The translations under genes and the position numbers were made by a program. From positions 1,024,001-1,088,000 of the forward strand of contig CAWFQK010000004.1 of NCBI GenBank assembly GCA_963817955.1: a DNA stretch of 64,000 nt. Reading direction: 5' to 3'. The notes beneath the pieces are model-generated. The model saw nothing but the letters and a program-made list of their open reading frames with translations. It was not told the origin of the DNA and searched no databases. This stretch comes from an uncultured Gemmatimonadaceae bacterium. Its GTDB lineage: Bacteria > Gemmatimonadota > Gemmatimonadetes > Gemmatimonadales > Gemmatimonadaceae. Shown here piece after piece: positions 41,037-51,420 of this stretch (positions are counted from its first letter, which is position 1; the number at the start of each line of letters is the position of its first letter).

Positions 41037-42017
41037 TCAGTAGACGTCCAGGTCTCGCGCCGACACCACGTGACCATGAAAGTGAAGTCGGATTTCGCCG
41101 AGCAGCTCCGCCTCGTCGAAATCCGGCGGTAACTGATGGTACAGCACGAGTAGTTTCGGCTGCGCCTTTTCCGCGATGGCGCTGAGGTCATTCCCGTTGG
41201 TGTGGTATGCGGCGTGGTAGCGTTGCCATTCGGGCGGGCGATGCTCGAGACTCTTCGACGAAATCACCTCGTGCACCAACACGTCACAGCCATGGCAGGC
41301 GTTGACGACGGCGTCGCTCGCACGCGTATCACCTGAGATGACCACTGAGCGATCTGGAGTGTCAAAGCGATAGGCGTACGCGTGTGGCCAGGCGCCGTGC
41401 GGCACCTCGAACGCAGTCACCGTCACCAGGGCGTCGCGGTACACCACACCGGCCGGCACATCATGTCCGCGACCGCCGTATCCGGTCTTGTTCGATGGTT
41501 CTCCACCATGCAATCGAATATCGATGTCCTGCGCGTACGCGGCCTGCAGATGCCCAATCATGGCGCGCGTGCCCGGAGGCCCGTACACCTCGAGCGGTTT
41601 CGTTCGGCCGAGCACCCACGGCGAAAACATCAGGTCAGGAACTCCAAGGGTGTGATCGGTGTGGAGATGTGTGAGGAACAGCAGTCCAAGCCGGGCTGCG
41701 TCCAGCGCCGGAATCGTGTCGGTTCGCGCCGCAGCTGCGGCGCGACGCACGACTCCCGGTCCGGCATCGACGATGTAGACGTTGCTGTCGACGACGATGG
41801 CGACGGATGGCCCGGAACGATCCGGATCGGCGTTTGGAGTGCCGGTGCCGAGCAGCACGACGCGCGTACGCGCGGGACGTTGGGCTCGGATCGGAGACGC
41901 GCCACCGAGCGCCGCCATTCCCAAGAACACGGCGCCGGCACGCCGAAGCGTGCTCGAGTTGTCGCGGAGAGAAATTCGCAAGTCAATACTCTCTAATACT
42001 TTAAGTTCTACGAACAA
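41037..42017 (-). CDS. RNase Z-like MBL-fold metallohydrolase
   Basis: LLGTGTP, THLHTDH, SGDT, DVLVHE and YHT motifs. The true start is probably downstream of 42017. Confidence 0.85.
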   Translation of the reverse strand: MFVELKVLESIDLRISLRDNSSTLRRAGAVFLGMAALGGASPIRAQRPARTRVVLLGTGTPNADPDRSGPSVAIVVDSNVYIVDAGPGVVRRAAAAARTDTIPALDAARLGLLFLTHLHTDHTLGVPDLMFSPWVLGRTKPLEVYGPPGTRAMIGHLQAAYAQDIDIRLHGGEPSNKTGYGGRGHDVPAGVVYRDALVTVTAFEVPHGAWPHAYAYRFDTPDRSVVISGDTRASDAVVNACHGCDVLVHEVISSKSLEHRPPEWQRYHAAYHTNGNDLSAIAEKAQPKLLVLYHQLPPDFDEAELLGEIRLHFHGHVVSARDLDVY

Positions 42018-42135
42018 TGATTAGATTTCATAGTTCGCACGCCAATCCGAGAGTTCCCGGCAGGAGTTGCCAACAACTCCTGCCGACCGTCATATGCCTG
42101 AGCGCGATGTCGCGCCAGACGAAGGAGGAATGCGC

Positions 42136-42972
42136 ATGAGATCACCAAACCGCATGAAGAACGTACTCATCGGCGCGGCGGCTGTCATCGTGGCCGGAGC
42201 GCGGTTCGTGCCGGGCCATGATAGGCAGGGCCCGGTGTTGGCGGCGGCAACATCGTTCGTCAGCGCTCCCGCAGCGACGAGCTCGCCTGTACCCGTGGGA
42301 GACCCGGGTGTAGCGACCGAGACAAAGGCCGCGCTCGGCGCGCTCGCGTCTCTCGTGCGCCCGCTCAGCCATCCGCGCGCGCTCGAGGACGCCTTCCGCG
42401 GTTACTTCGCGTTCAAGACGGCACATCCGGACGAGGTGAAGAAGCCGTTGCTCTACTTCGTGGACTACGGCCTGCCGAGCACGGAGGCGCGCGGCTACGT
42501 GTTCGACATGGAGTCGCTGAAGGTGATCGACGGCCCCTTCACGGTTGCGCACGGTCGCGGCTCGTCCACATCGCAGTACGGCGTCCCGACGCGCTTCTCC
42601 AATTCCTCGCGAAGCAATGCCACGTCACTCGGTCTGTACGTGACCCGCGCGCTGTACGCGTTTCATGGACATTCCGGCGGTCAGGGGTACAGCTCGGTGG
42701 GCCTGCAGCTGATGGGCGTGTCGCATGGCTTCAACGACAACGCCTTGGCGCGCGGCGTTGTGGCGCACGGCGCGCCGTATGTCACCCCGAGCAAGGCCGG
42801 CCGCAGCGAAGGCTGCCCCGCCATGGAGCCGTCGCGCGCACAGCGGCTGCTGCCGAAGCTGGCGAACGGCGCGATGGTGTTTCTGTTCGCCCCCATTCGC
42901 TCCTGGATGGACCGGGATGAATGGGTAGCCGGTGCAGCCGATGTCTCGAGCTCGGCGGCGACGAAGGGCTGA
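42136..42972 (+). CDS. Murein L,D-transpeptidase catalytic domain family (YkuD_2)
   Basis: VAHGRGS, FSN..S.ATSLG and VAHGA...GRSEGCPA motifs, with an AGGAGG RBS. Confidence 0.88.
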   Translation: MRSPNRMKNVLIGAAAVIVAGARFVPGHDRQGPVLAAATSFVSAPAATSSPVPVGDPGVATETKAALGALASLVRPLSHPRALEDAFRGYFAFKTAHPDEVKKPLLYFVDYGLPSTEARGYVFDMESLKVIDGPFTVAHGRGSSTSQYGVPTRFSNSSRSNATSLGLYVTRALYAFHGHSGGQGYSSVGLQLMGVSHGFNDNALARGVVAHGAPYVTPSKAGRSEGCPAMEPSRAQRLLPKLANGAMVFLFAPIRSWMDRDEWVAGAADVSSSAATKG

Positions 42973-43018
42973 ACGGCCGCGGACGTTTAGAAACTTCTGA
43001 AAGTGCGCTGGGCTCCGA

Positions 43019-43267
43019 TCATCCGGAGCCCTTTCTCGCTGCTGGCTCGAGCTGCTCCCACCACTCCCGGATCAATTGCTCCACCGCGGCCGGCGCGGGA
43101 TCCCCCGCAACGGGACCGACATGCTGTCTGCCGCGCGCGTCGAGCACCATCCAGCGCGGCTCCTCCTCGCGCCCTATCCAGGCGAGGGAGCACCGCAGAC
43201 GCATCCCGTCGGCGGTGGTGACAATCACGTGCTCGGGAATGGGATCGTTCTTTCGGCGATGCAGCAT
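43019..43267 (-). CDS. Small hypothetical protein
   Basis: 82-aa ORF MLHRRKNDPIPEH...IREWWEQ filling the intergenic gap. Confidence 0.5.
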   Translation of the reverse strand: MLHRRKNDPIPEHVIVTTADGMRLRCSLAWIGREEEPRWMVLDARGRQHVGPVAGDPAPAAVEQLIREWWEQLEPAARKGSG

Positions 43268-43334
43268 GACGGCCGGCCCTGGAACAAACGTGCCGGGCGG
43301 CCCTGAGACATCGAGGCCGGGCCGGCAATCCAGG

Positions 43335-45140
43335 TCAGGCGTATCCAGCCGGCCGCTCGCCCACGACGCCAAACGCGCGCTCGAGCGCCACGCCAGCGCG
43401 GCCGAGCATGCCGTCGTCGAACAGCCGTCCGATGAGCGTGACGCCATGCGGCACGCGCCGGGCCGGCGAGAAATTCGGAAGCGGATGCGCGGGATCCGGC
43501 GCCCAATCGCTGCGCGCCTGGCTGACATTGACGAAGCCGGCGCGGAGGGTGAGCGCGGGATGTCCGGTGAAGTTCGAAATGACGAGCATCTCGTCGCGTA
43601 GCGAAGGCACGATGAGCAGATCAACGCTGGAGAATACTCGTGTCATCTCCGCGGCCACTTTTCGCCGGAAACGATCGGCCTGCACGAAATCCACCGCGGA
43701 TAGGAATCGCGATTCCCGGAACAAGTTCGGCCATGCATCGGGCACTTGTGCCTTGAGCTGGCGATCCGTGTGACTCAGCGTCATGTCCTCGAATGCCGCC
43801 GCCGCCTCGGCGAAGAGTATGAGCTGGAGCGAGTCGTAGGGCCAGTCAGGCAACGTGACCTCGGCGGGCACCATGCCCAGCTTCTTCACGGTGTCCAGCG
43901 CGGCACGATCGACGTCGGTCGCCGGGTTCTCCTTCATCCACGCAGGGAAGTAGCCGACGCGCAGACCTTTCACGCCGGCGCCGGCGTCGAAGTCGAGATG
44001 ACTCGGCACACTCGCCGCGTCGCCAGCATCGGGACCCGAGATTGCCTGCAGCACGAGCATGGCGTCTTCTACACTACGCGTCATGGGACCGAGCTTGTCG
44101 AGCGACCAGCAGAGTGTCATGGCACCGGTGCGCGGCACGCGGCCATACGTTGGTCGCAGACCCGTGACGCCGCATCGCATGGCGGGACTGATGATGCTGC
44201 CGCCAGTCTCGCTGCCAATTGAGAAGCCGACGAGCCCCGCCGCGGTTGCCGCGCCCGGTCCGGCGCTGGACCCGGACGCACCCTCCTCGGGGAGCCATGG
44301 GTTCACGGTCTGGCCGCCGAACCAGATGTCGTTGAGGGCCAGCGCGCCCATGCTCAGTTTTGCGACGAGCACCGCACCGGCGCCTCGGAGCCGCGCAACG
44401 ACGGCGGCGTCAACAGTCGGCACGCGATTCCGGAATGGCTCGGCGCCGTAGGTTGTCGGAATGCCTGCCGTGTCGAGAAGATCTTTACCGCCCCAGGGAA
44501 TGCCGTGCAGCGGACCACGATATTTTCCGGCGGCGATCTCCGCGTCAGCCTGCTTCGCCTGCGCGAGCGCCGCGTCGCGAGTGAGCGTGATGACGCAGCG
44601 CAGCTTGGGGTCGAAACGCTGCAGCCGCTCCAGATAGATATTGGTGAGCCGGGTAGACGTGAGCTTTCGCGTCTCGAGCCAGCGCGAGAGTCGGGTGACC
44701 GGCGCAAAGGCGATCTCGGCGTCGCTCGCCGGCAGGGGGCCCGGATCGGCTGGCGTTCGTATGAACCGGTCCCGAGTCGGGCCGGCGCTATTGCCAGCGA
44801 TCACAGGATTCCAGCTCGTCGCGGGCGCGATACCAGGCTCGAGCACCACCTTTCGCGGTCCGGTGCGCCGCTCGAGCATCGAAGCCATCGACGTGCGCCA
44901 ACTCGAGGCAGCCATCGCACGCTCCGCGTCGCTCATCTGCACCTGCGTCAGCTTCTCCACTTCGGCAAAGGTGGTTGGCGTCACCTCGGGACCAACGGCC
45001 GGCGCAGCACCGAATGTTGGCGGAGCGCCTGGAGTAGACGTCGATGACGCAGCAGGCTTCTGCTCCTCGCCCCGGCACGCGGCGACGGCGCCAAGCAGGC
45101 CAAGTGGAGCAGTGATCAGAAAGTGTCGGCGGGAGTTCAC
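43335..45140 (-). CDS. Amidase signature family protein, Tat lipoprotein-like N-terminus
   Basis: SRRHFL, GPLHGIPWGGKD, SGSSAG and GSETGGSI motifs. Confidence 0.92.
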   Translation of the reverse strand: MNSRRHFLITAPLGLLGAVAACRGEEQKPAASSTSTPGAPPTFGAAPAVGPEVTPTTFAEVEKLTQVQMSDAERAMAASSWRTSMASMLERRTGPRKVVLEPGIAPATSWNPVIAGNSAGPTRDRFIRTPADPGPLPASDAEIAFAPVTRLSRWLETRKLTSTRLTNIYLERLQRFDPKLRCVITLTRDAALAQAKQADAEIAAGKYRGPLHGIPWGGKDLLDTAGIPTTYGAEPFRNRVPTVDAAVVARLRGAGAVLVAKLSMGALALNDIWFGGQTVNPWLPEEGASGSSAGPGAATAAGLVGFSIGSETGGSIISPAMRCGVTGLRPTYGRVPRTGAMTLCWSLDKLGPMTRSVEDAMLVLQAISGPDAGDAASVPSHLDFDAGAGVKGLRVGYFPAWMKENPATDVDRAALDTVKKLGMVPAEVTLPDWPYDSLQLILFAEAAAAFEDMTLSHTDRQLKAQVPDAWPNLFRESRFLSAVDFVQADRFRRKVAAEMTRVFSSVDLLIVPSLRDEMLVISNFTGHPALTLRAGFVNVSQARSDWAPDPAHPLPNFSPARRVPHGVTLIGRLFDDGMLGRAGVALERAFGVVGERPAGYA

Positions 45141-45270
45141 GGGTGCAGGGCTGAAGAAGCGAACATCGTAGCACCGAGGGGCGTCCGGGGGAAGGAACAC
45201 GCTGCGGCATGGCTGCTGACGATCACGAGGCCCGGCGGGAAGTTCCGAAAGCCGCCCCGCGAAACCGCGA

Positions 45271-45636
45271 TCAACGATTATGGATCGCGATGGCCTCTGT
45301 AATCATGGCAACGACGTGCGCTGGGTGCTCGACCTCTATCACCAACCGCTTGTAGTGCTCGTGATCCAGCTCCAGCACGATCGTTCCCTCCGGATCGTGC
45401 ACGTCGTAGAACACCGCACCATCATGCTGATAGAAAGTGCCGGCGGTGAGCACGCCGGGAATCTGCGTTCCCGGCAGCCGCAGCCCATGCCACCAGCCGC
45501 GCGCCGGCTCGGGGTCTACCCGCGCCTCACGGATATGCGCGAGCGGAATCTCGAGCTGGCTCTTGAGTGCCCAGAGCTTGTCCCAACCCTCGACTTCGAA
45601 GCGAACACGATCATTTTCGATCGAGACAGTGACCAT
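45271..45636 (-). CDS. Conserved hypothetical protein
   Basis: DKLWALKSQLEIPL.HI and PGT.IPGVLTAGTF. An in-frame extension to 45828 is possible. Confidence 0.7.
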   Translation of the reverse strand: MVTVSIENDRVRFEVEGWDKLWALKSQLEIPLAHIREARVDPEPARGWWHGLRLPGTQIPGVLTAGTFYQHDGAVFYDVHDPEGTIVLELDHEHYKRLVIEVEHPAHVVAMITEAIAIHNR

Positions 45637-45882
45637 CCGGAGCCCTCGGGGCCAATGCTGCGTTCTCGTCAGCTCGGCTGCAGACCGAAGGCGCTGAACG
45701 ATGTTGTCGATTTCTCGCAAGACCCACATCGGGTCCCCAATGCCATTGACGGCGAGCGAAACCAACTCACGCGCCGCGCGCGTGACCGGTCCATCATCGT
45801 CGTCTGGAAAGCGTCCCGCCACCGGCACCTACAGGGATAACATCGTGCATCAGCGGAGCAAGCGGAATGCCGGTACGATGAT

Positions 45883-46464
45883 TTACCGGGGCCACCGGCG
45901 CGGAGGCGCGCTCCGTTTCCCCATGTGAAACGTGAGCCCAAAGCGCAGCTCCTTCACTTGCTCCGGCCGCGGCTTGGCCGTGGGCAACACGAATCGCTGC
46001 ATGCGCCAGCGGGAATCGGCGAACAGATCCACGATCGAGCCGAGCGGTAGCACGGTGCCGATGCCGTAGCTCCAATTGTTGGTCACGATGCGCTTGTCAG
46101 CGCTGTCTGCGCCCGCCATGCCGCGTCCGACGAAGACGAACGACGCAACGCTACGATTCGACGCGCCGAAAGCTCGCCCGCTCAGTGCGAGCACGGCATC
46201 GGCGTCAGCACCCCAGGGCGGAAGCACGGAGCCGGCGCCAAAAGCGCCCGTGTATGTGTTTCGCAGCGCCGTCCGGCCGCTGATTCGTACGGCAAAGCCT
46301 GGACTATCCGAGAACCCGAGCGCAAGTCCGGCGAGCGGGGTCATGCCGGTGGGCGCGAGAAACGACACGAACGGGCTGAGCGAAACGTCAGCCCCTTGCG
46401 CGGCCACCGCACAGACTGGCGTGGTGATCGTGAGGAGGAAGGCGATGGCTCGGACGGGACGCAT
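45883..46464 (-). CDS. Secreted hypothetical protein, possible small outer-membrane beta-barrel
   Basis: Signal peptide, alternating strands, C-terminal LRFGLTF. Confidence 0.6.
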   Translation of the reverse strand: MRPVRAIAFLLTITTPVCAVAAQGADVSLSPFVSFLAPTGMTPLAGLALGFSDSPGFAVRISGRTALRNTYTGAFGAGSVLPPWGADADAVLALSGRAFGASNRSVASFVFVGRGMAGADSADKRIVTNNWSYGIGTVLPLGSIVDLFADSRWRMQRFVLPTAKPRPEQVKELRFGLTFHMGKRSAPPRRWPR

Positions 46465-46590
46465 GCAGGCTCTCGAAAAGGTGTGTCCGAGAGGAGCTCC
46501 CGGGGGTTGTGAAGCGGCCATGTGCGTGACTGCCGGGGCGGCGGTCGCGTAACGACGTCAGCACTGGTCATCCAGATTGCCGAGCGGGTT

Positions 46591-46643
46591 TGAGATACGT
46601 GTCTCGTGTCTCAATCCCGTGTCCCGTGTCCCACCTCGTGTCC
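46591..46643 (-). repeat. GACACG(G/A) heptamer array overlapping the 3' end of the CcdC-like gene
   Basis: Plus strand cgtgtct cgtgtct caatcc cgtgtcc cgtgtcc. It encodes the terminal GHGTRD. Confidence 0.8.
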
Positions 46644-47099
46644 AACCACCCTCCGGTACTCGAACAGCATCCCCACGCGCCACCGCAGAATCATCCCGAA
46701 CGCGAGCACGAAGAAGATCGCCCCCGTCTGCAGCGGCGAGATGAATTGGTCGATGTAGCTGCGCGCCGCAAATCTGACGGCGACGAGTACGAGCAGAATC
46801 GCCATGAAGGCCGGCGAGCGGTGCATCACCACGCGCTCGCCGTCGTGCTCGAGACGCGACGTTTTGGCGAGGGGAATGGCCAACACCCCGGCTCCGACCA
46901 GGAAAGCCGCCGTGGCCCACATCCACGGCACGCGCATGAGCGGTGACACGAACATCGCGAATCCAGTGCTCATGCCAAGCGGCGGCAGCACGATGCCGCG
47001 GACCGTCACTGGACGCCGCGTCTCGTGCACCCGCCACACTATGATTCCGCCGGCGCCTACGAGAGAGGCCGCCGAGCCGAAAATGGTTTGCAGCTGCAT
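46611..47099 (-). CDS. CcdC/DUF1453 family membrane protein
   Basis: RPVT...IVLPPLGMSTGF.MF and FF.LAFGMI..WR..M motifs. Confidence 0.82.
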   Translation of the reverse strand: MQLQTIFGSAASLVGAGGIIVWRVHETRRPVTVRGIVLPPLGMSTGFAMFVSPLMRVPWMWATAAFLVGAGVLAIPLAKTSRLEHDGERVVMHRSPAFMAILLVLVAVRFAARSYIDQFISPLQTGAIFFVLAFGMILRWRVGMLFEYRRVVGHEVGHGTRD

Positions 47100-47170
47100 G
47101 ACCGAAAAATACAAGACAGCGCGTCCCAACGTTACGGCGTCGGCGTCCGACCATGCCGCTATACTATGGC

Positions 47171-49474
47171 ATGGAGCACCAAGACGAATGGCTCTGGGGC
47201 TGGGACCCCACGCCCGGCATCGTGTCGGTGTGGGCCGAGGAAGACGGCCGCGCATTCGTCTGGCGCCGCAATCCTGACACCGACGAGCTCGTGCAGGAAG
47301 TGGATCGCTTTCGCCCGTGGCTGTTGCTTCGCCATGTGGACGACGTGCGCCACGCCGGCGCGTCCGTGGTCTGCCGCGAGCTCGACGGACCTGGCGAGCT
47401 GCGCTGGATCGCCTCGGCTGACCACTGCAGAACGTTGACCTCGGCGCTGTTCACCGGCGCATCGCGCCGGCTGGGGCGACGCATTGGCCACGTCCGCGAC
47501 TTGGGCGACGAGGAGATTCTGGCGTTGCCGCCTGACGAGCAGTACCTCGTCGCCAGCGGGCGCACGTACTTTCGGGATCTCTCATTCGACCATCTCCATC
47601 GCCTGCAGTTCGATCTGGAGACGTTGGGTCTCGACGCCACCCGCGACCGCATCTTCATGATCGCGGTGCGACATCCGTCGGGCCGTTCCGAGTTGCTCGA
47701 GGCCGAGGGCGAGGGCGACGCTGGCGAGGCCGATCTCATGCGCCGACTCGCCGCCACCATTCAGCGTGCCGACCCCGACGTCATCGAGAACCACAATCTG
47801 CATGGCTTCGACCTGCCTTTTCTCGACGCACGCGCCCGCAAGCTCCGCGTGCCCCTCTCGCTCGGCCGCATCGGCGGGCCGGGATTGCGCCAGCGCGGCG
47901 CAAGGCGAGGTGCGCCGAGCGGGCGCGAGGACGGACGGAATGTGCGGTTCGTCGCACCCGGACGCGAGCTGATCGACACCATGGACGCCGTGCGCCGCTT
48001 CGACCAGGCGTCCCGCGACTTACCGGGCTACGGACTCAAGGCACTGGCTCGCCACTTCGGGATCGCCGGCCCGGATCGCGAGCTGATCCCTGGCGCCGAG
48101 ATTTACGCTACGTACCGGACAGATCCTGAACGCGTCCGCCGGTACGCGACTGCTGACGTCGACGAGGTGGCGGCGCTGTCGCGGATGCTCGGCGGTGCGG
48201 CGTTCGCGCTGGCACGCATGGCGCCGCGCCGGTACGAACGCCTGGCCGATGCGGGCGCTGCAACGGGCGTGATCGATCCAATGCTCGTCCGGGCGTATCT
48301 GCACGCCAGAATGGCGTTGCCCGCGCACCAGCAGGGCGACGGCACGGTGCACAGTGGCGCGGCGCTCCATCTGTTCGCGACGGGCGTGGCACATCGCGTC
48401 GTGAAAGCCGACGTCGCAAGCCTCTATCCGTCGCTGATGCGCGCCTTCCGCATTGGTCCGCGGCGCGACCACCTCGGCGCACTGCTCGCGCTCGTCGATC
48501 GGTTGGTGGAGACGCGGCTCGCGGCCAAGGGGAGCGCACGCACCGCGCCTCCCGGATCAGCCGAACGCTACACCCATGAGGCGATGTCGTCGGCAATGAA
48601 GATCGTCGTCAACTCGGCATACGGGTACCTGGCGGCCGACGGCAGTCTGACGCGTTTTGCCGACGTGCACGCGGCAAACGAAGTGACGCGGCGCGGACGC
48701 GAGACACTCGACCTGATGTGCCGCGAGCTCGCCTTGCGGAGCGTGACCCTGATCGAGGCCGACACCGACGGCGTGTACTTCGCCGTGCCGCCGGACTGGA
48801 CCGAAGACGACGAACGGCGGGTCGTGTCGGAAGTCGCCGCGCTGCTCCCACCGCTGGTCCAACTGGAGTTCGACGGACGGTACGCCGCCATGCTGTCGCA
48901 CGAGCCCAAGAACTACGCATTGATCGAGTACGACGGCACGCTCATTCTGCGCGGCGTTGCATTCCGATCGAGCCGAAACGAACCATTCGCCGACGCCTTC
49001 CTGCGGCGCGCGATTGCGCATCTGCTCACCGGCGACATTGCCGGTGTGCGCCACGCCTACCTCGCCACCATCGGTGCACTCCGCCAGAGAGCGTTCACGA
49101 CACACGATGTCTCGTCGCGCGTACGACTCACGAAATCGCCGCAAGCATATCTCGCAACGCGCGAATCACGACGCGAGCCGCCATATGAGGCCATGCTGGC
49201 CAGCGGGCAGACATCGTGGAACGCTGGCGATCGTGTACGGGTGTACCGCGCGCGCGGCGGCGTGGGGGCTGTCGTTGCCGAAGGTGAAGATCCGCGCGAC
49301 TATGACGTGGACTGGTACGTGCGCCTCCTACGCGAGACGTACGCGGCGCGAATGGCGCGCGCGTTCACGGCACACGATTACGCATTAGTGTTCCCACATC
49401 CCGATCAATTGTCACTGTTTGCGCCGGAGATCGACACGGTGCGGACGGTGCTTCGCACCGGGTCGAAGGCGTGA
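47171..49474 (+). CDS. Family B DNA polymerase with 3'-5' exonuclease domain
   Basis: Exonuclease motifs FDLET, HNLHGFDLPFL and YATAD. Polymerase motifs DVASLYPS, KIVVNSAYG and ADTDG. Start at 47153 or 47171. Confidence 0.92.
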   Translation: MEHQDEWLWGWDPTPGIVSVWAEEDGRAFVWRRNPDTDELVQEVDRFRPWLLLRHVDDVRHAGASVVCRELDGPGELRWIASADHCRTLTSALFTGASRRLGRRIGHVRDLGDEEILALPPDEQYLVASGRTYFRDLSFDHLHRLQFDLETLGLDATRDRIFMIAVRHPSGRSELLEAEGEGDAGEADLMRRLAATIQRADPDVIENHNLHGFDLPFLDARARKLRVPLSLGRIGGPGLRQRGARRGAPSGREDGRNVRFVAPGRELIDTMDAVRRFDQASRDLPGYGLKALARHFGIAGPDRELIPGAEIYATYRTDPERVRRYATADVDEVAALSRMLGGAAFALARMAPRRYERLADAGAATGVIDPMLVRAYLHARMALPAHQQGDGTVHSGAALHLFATGVAHRVVKADVASLYPSLMRAFRIGPRRDHLGALLALVDRLVETRLAAKGSARTAPPGSAERYTHEAMSSAMKIVVNSAYGYLAADGSLTRFADVHAANEVTRRGRETLDLMCRELALRSVTLIEADTDGVYFAVPPDWTEDDERRVVSEVAALLPPLVQLEFDGRYAAMLSHEPKNYALIEYDGTLILRGVAFRSSRNEPFADAFLRRAIAHLLTGDIAGVRHAYLATIGALRQRAFTTHDVSSRVRLTKSPQAYLATRESRREPPYEAMLASGQTSWNAGDRVRVYRARGGVGAVVAEGEDPRDYDVDWYVRLLRETYAARMARAFTAHDYALVFPHPDQLSLFAPEIDTVRTVLRTGSKA

Positions 49475-49494
49475 ACGGTCCTCTCCCATGCGAA

Positions 49495-49530
49495 GTGGGG
49501 CCGGACTTCCACTCGGAAATCCGGCCCCAC
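49495..49530. terminator. Hairpin between convergent polymerase and HtrA genes
   Basis: GTGGGGCCGGA-CTTCCACTCGGAAA-TCCGGCCCCAC. Confidence 0.65.
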
Positions 49531-49552
49531 GTTCTATTCGAAACGATTGAAG

Positions 49553-51160
49553 TTACTGGTCGGAGCCAATTCGCATGCGTTCGATCCGATGGGCCTTGGA
49601 CGGCACATTGTAGACGCGGAGTGACACCACGTCGCCCTGCTTCACGTGGCTGAGCGCCGCCCGCATCTCCTCAACGGTCCGCACCGGCGTTCCTTCGACG
49701 GACAGGATCACGTCCGGTCCCCCGTTGTCCGGCGTCGCCAGATGACTGGCCGCAGCACTGCCATCCGGCACGCCCGTCACGACCAGACCCTGCACGTCTG
49801 CCGGCAGCCCATACTGGCGCGCGGTTGCCGCATCCAGCGCAGCCACGCTCGCCCCCAGCGCACGCATCGATGATCCGCTCACGCCATCGCCTGTGTTGCC
49901 GGTGGCGGCGTGATTATCGTCCGCCGTCGGCGCAGCGTCCACTCGTTGAAGGGGCACGCGCACGGTGGCGAGCTTTCCGCCCTTGCGCGCAACCTGCACC
50001 GCGACGACGTCACCAGGCTTGCGGAACGCGATGGCTTCCTGTAGCTGCGCGACGTAGTCGACGCGCTTGCCGTCAACGGCGATGATGACGTCACCCGCCT
50101 CGATCCCGGCCTTCTGGGCTGGCGACGCCGTGTTGCCAAAATCCTCAACAAGCACGCCGCGGGTACCGTCTAGTCCGGCATAGGCCGCATCGTCGGGGCT
50201 GGCATCGCGCACCTGAATGCCGAGCGCGGCGCGCTCGACGTGGCCCGAACGGATGATCTGGTTCATCACCGAATGCGCAAGATTGATCGGCACGGCAAAG
50301 CCGTATCCCGCGTTGTAGCCCGTGGGGCTCTCGATAGCGCTGTTGATTCCGATGACCTCGCCACGCACGTTGACGAGCGGACCACCCGAGTTGCCCGGGT
50401 TGATCGCGGCGTCCGTCTGAATGAAGTCCTGGATCGTCTTTTCAGACTGTCCGGGCAACGCGAGCGCGCGGCCCTTCGCGCTGATGATGCCTTGCGTCAC
50501 CGTGAAGGTGAGATTCTCACCGAGCGGATTGCCCACCGCCAGCACCCACTCGCCCACTCGCGCAGCCTCGCTGTCGCCAAGCGGCGCAGGCGTGAGACCG
50601 TTCGCGTCGATCTTGATCACGGCGACGTCCGTGTTCGGATCGCGGCCGACGACACGGGCCTTGAACTCGCGACGATCGAGCAGCCGGACGCGCACTTCAC
50701 TCGCGCCGTCCACGACGTGGTTGTTCGTGAGGATATAGCCATCGGCCGAAACGATGAATCCCGAACCCGACGCCATGCCGCCGCCGCGTGGTGCGTCAGG
50801 CATATCGGGCGCGCCAGGCATATCGCGGAAGAACTGGCGGAGCTCGGGAGGAATCTGGTTGAGGTTCTGCCGTCCGGACCGTTGAGCGACCGGGCGGGAG
50901 GCCTGCTTCGCCGTGATGTAGACGACGCTTGGCTTGATGCGAGCCGCGATGCCGGCAAAGGCATCGCTGAGCTCTTCGAGCTTCGAAGCGGGCGGATTTC
51001 CGGCGCGAGGAGCGAGGTGTACGACGGCGGTGTCGGCGGCGGCCCGAGCAGCGTGCAGCATACTCGGCGTCTCGACCAGCGCGGCGGCGGCGAGTGCAGC
51101 TGCCGCGACTCCTGCAATGACGGAGACCTTACCCCGTCCACTGCGTAAGAAGCGGTTCAT
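49553..51160 (-). CDS. HtrA/DegP (Do family) serine protease with two PDZ domains
   Basis: SGSGFI, TNNHVV, DVAV and QTDAAINPGNSGGPL motifs. Confidence 0.95.
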   Translation of the reverse strand: MNRFLRSGRGKVSVIAGVAAAALAAAALVETPSMLHAARAAADTAVVHLAPRAGNPPASKLEELSDAFAGIAARIKPSVVYITAKQASRPVAQRSGRQNLNQIPPELRQFFRDMPGAPDMPDAPRGGGMASGSGFIVSADGYILTNNHVVDGASEVRVRLLDRREFKARVVGRDPNTDVAVIKIDANGLTPAPLGDSEAARVGEWVLAVGNPLGENLTFTVTQGIISAKGRALALPGQSEKTIQDFIQTDAAINPGNSGGPLVNVRGEVIGINSAIESPTGYNAGYGFAVPINLAHSVMNQIIRSGHVERAALGIQVRDASPDDAAYAGLDGTRGVLVEDFGNTASPAQKAGIEAGDVIIAVDGKRVDYVAQLQEAIAFRKPGDVVAVQVARKGGKLATVRVPLQRVDAAPTADDNHAATGNTGDGVSGSSMRALGASVAALDAATARQYGLPADVQGLVVTGVPDGSAAASHLATPDNGGPDVILSVEGTPVRTVEEMRAALSHVKQGDVVSLRVYNVPSKAHRIERMRIGSDQ

Positions 51161-51420
51161 GGCGTACTCCTAAAACGTTTTGGTTGTTTGGGCCGCTCAT
51201 CCCGCTCGCTGTCGAGCGCGGTGCTGGAATGAGAGCGCCGAATCTTTCCCGGACTCGATGAGACATCGAGCATACTGCGGGACACTCATGGCATACCCAC
51301 GTCGCGGCGCGAAGTGCCAATGCAGGCGCGCGGGGACGGCTGCTCGTAGAGCTCGCTGAGCGCGGCGTGTTCCTACCAGGGCGTCGACCCCGTCTATCGG
51401 CCCACCGGCGCAGCGATCGT

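Noticed and set aside
45637..45828. In-frame 64-aa N-terminal extension or separate small gene
   Set aside because: It looks protein-like but has no clear RBS or homology, so it cannot be supported without a search.
47171..49474. Prophage, pipolin or casposon around the family B polymerase
   Set aside because: The flanks are housekeeping genes, with no integrase, att sites, terminal repeats or structural genes.
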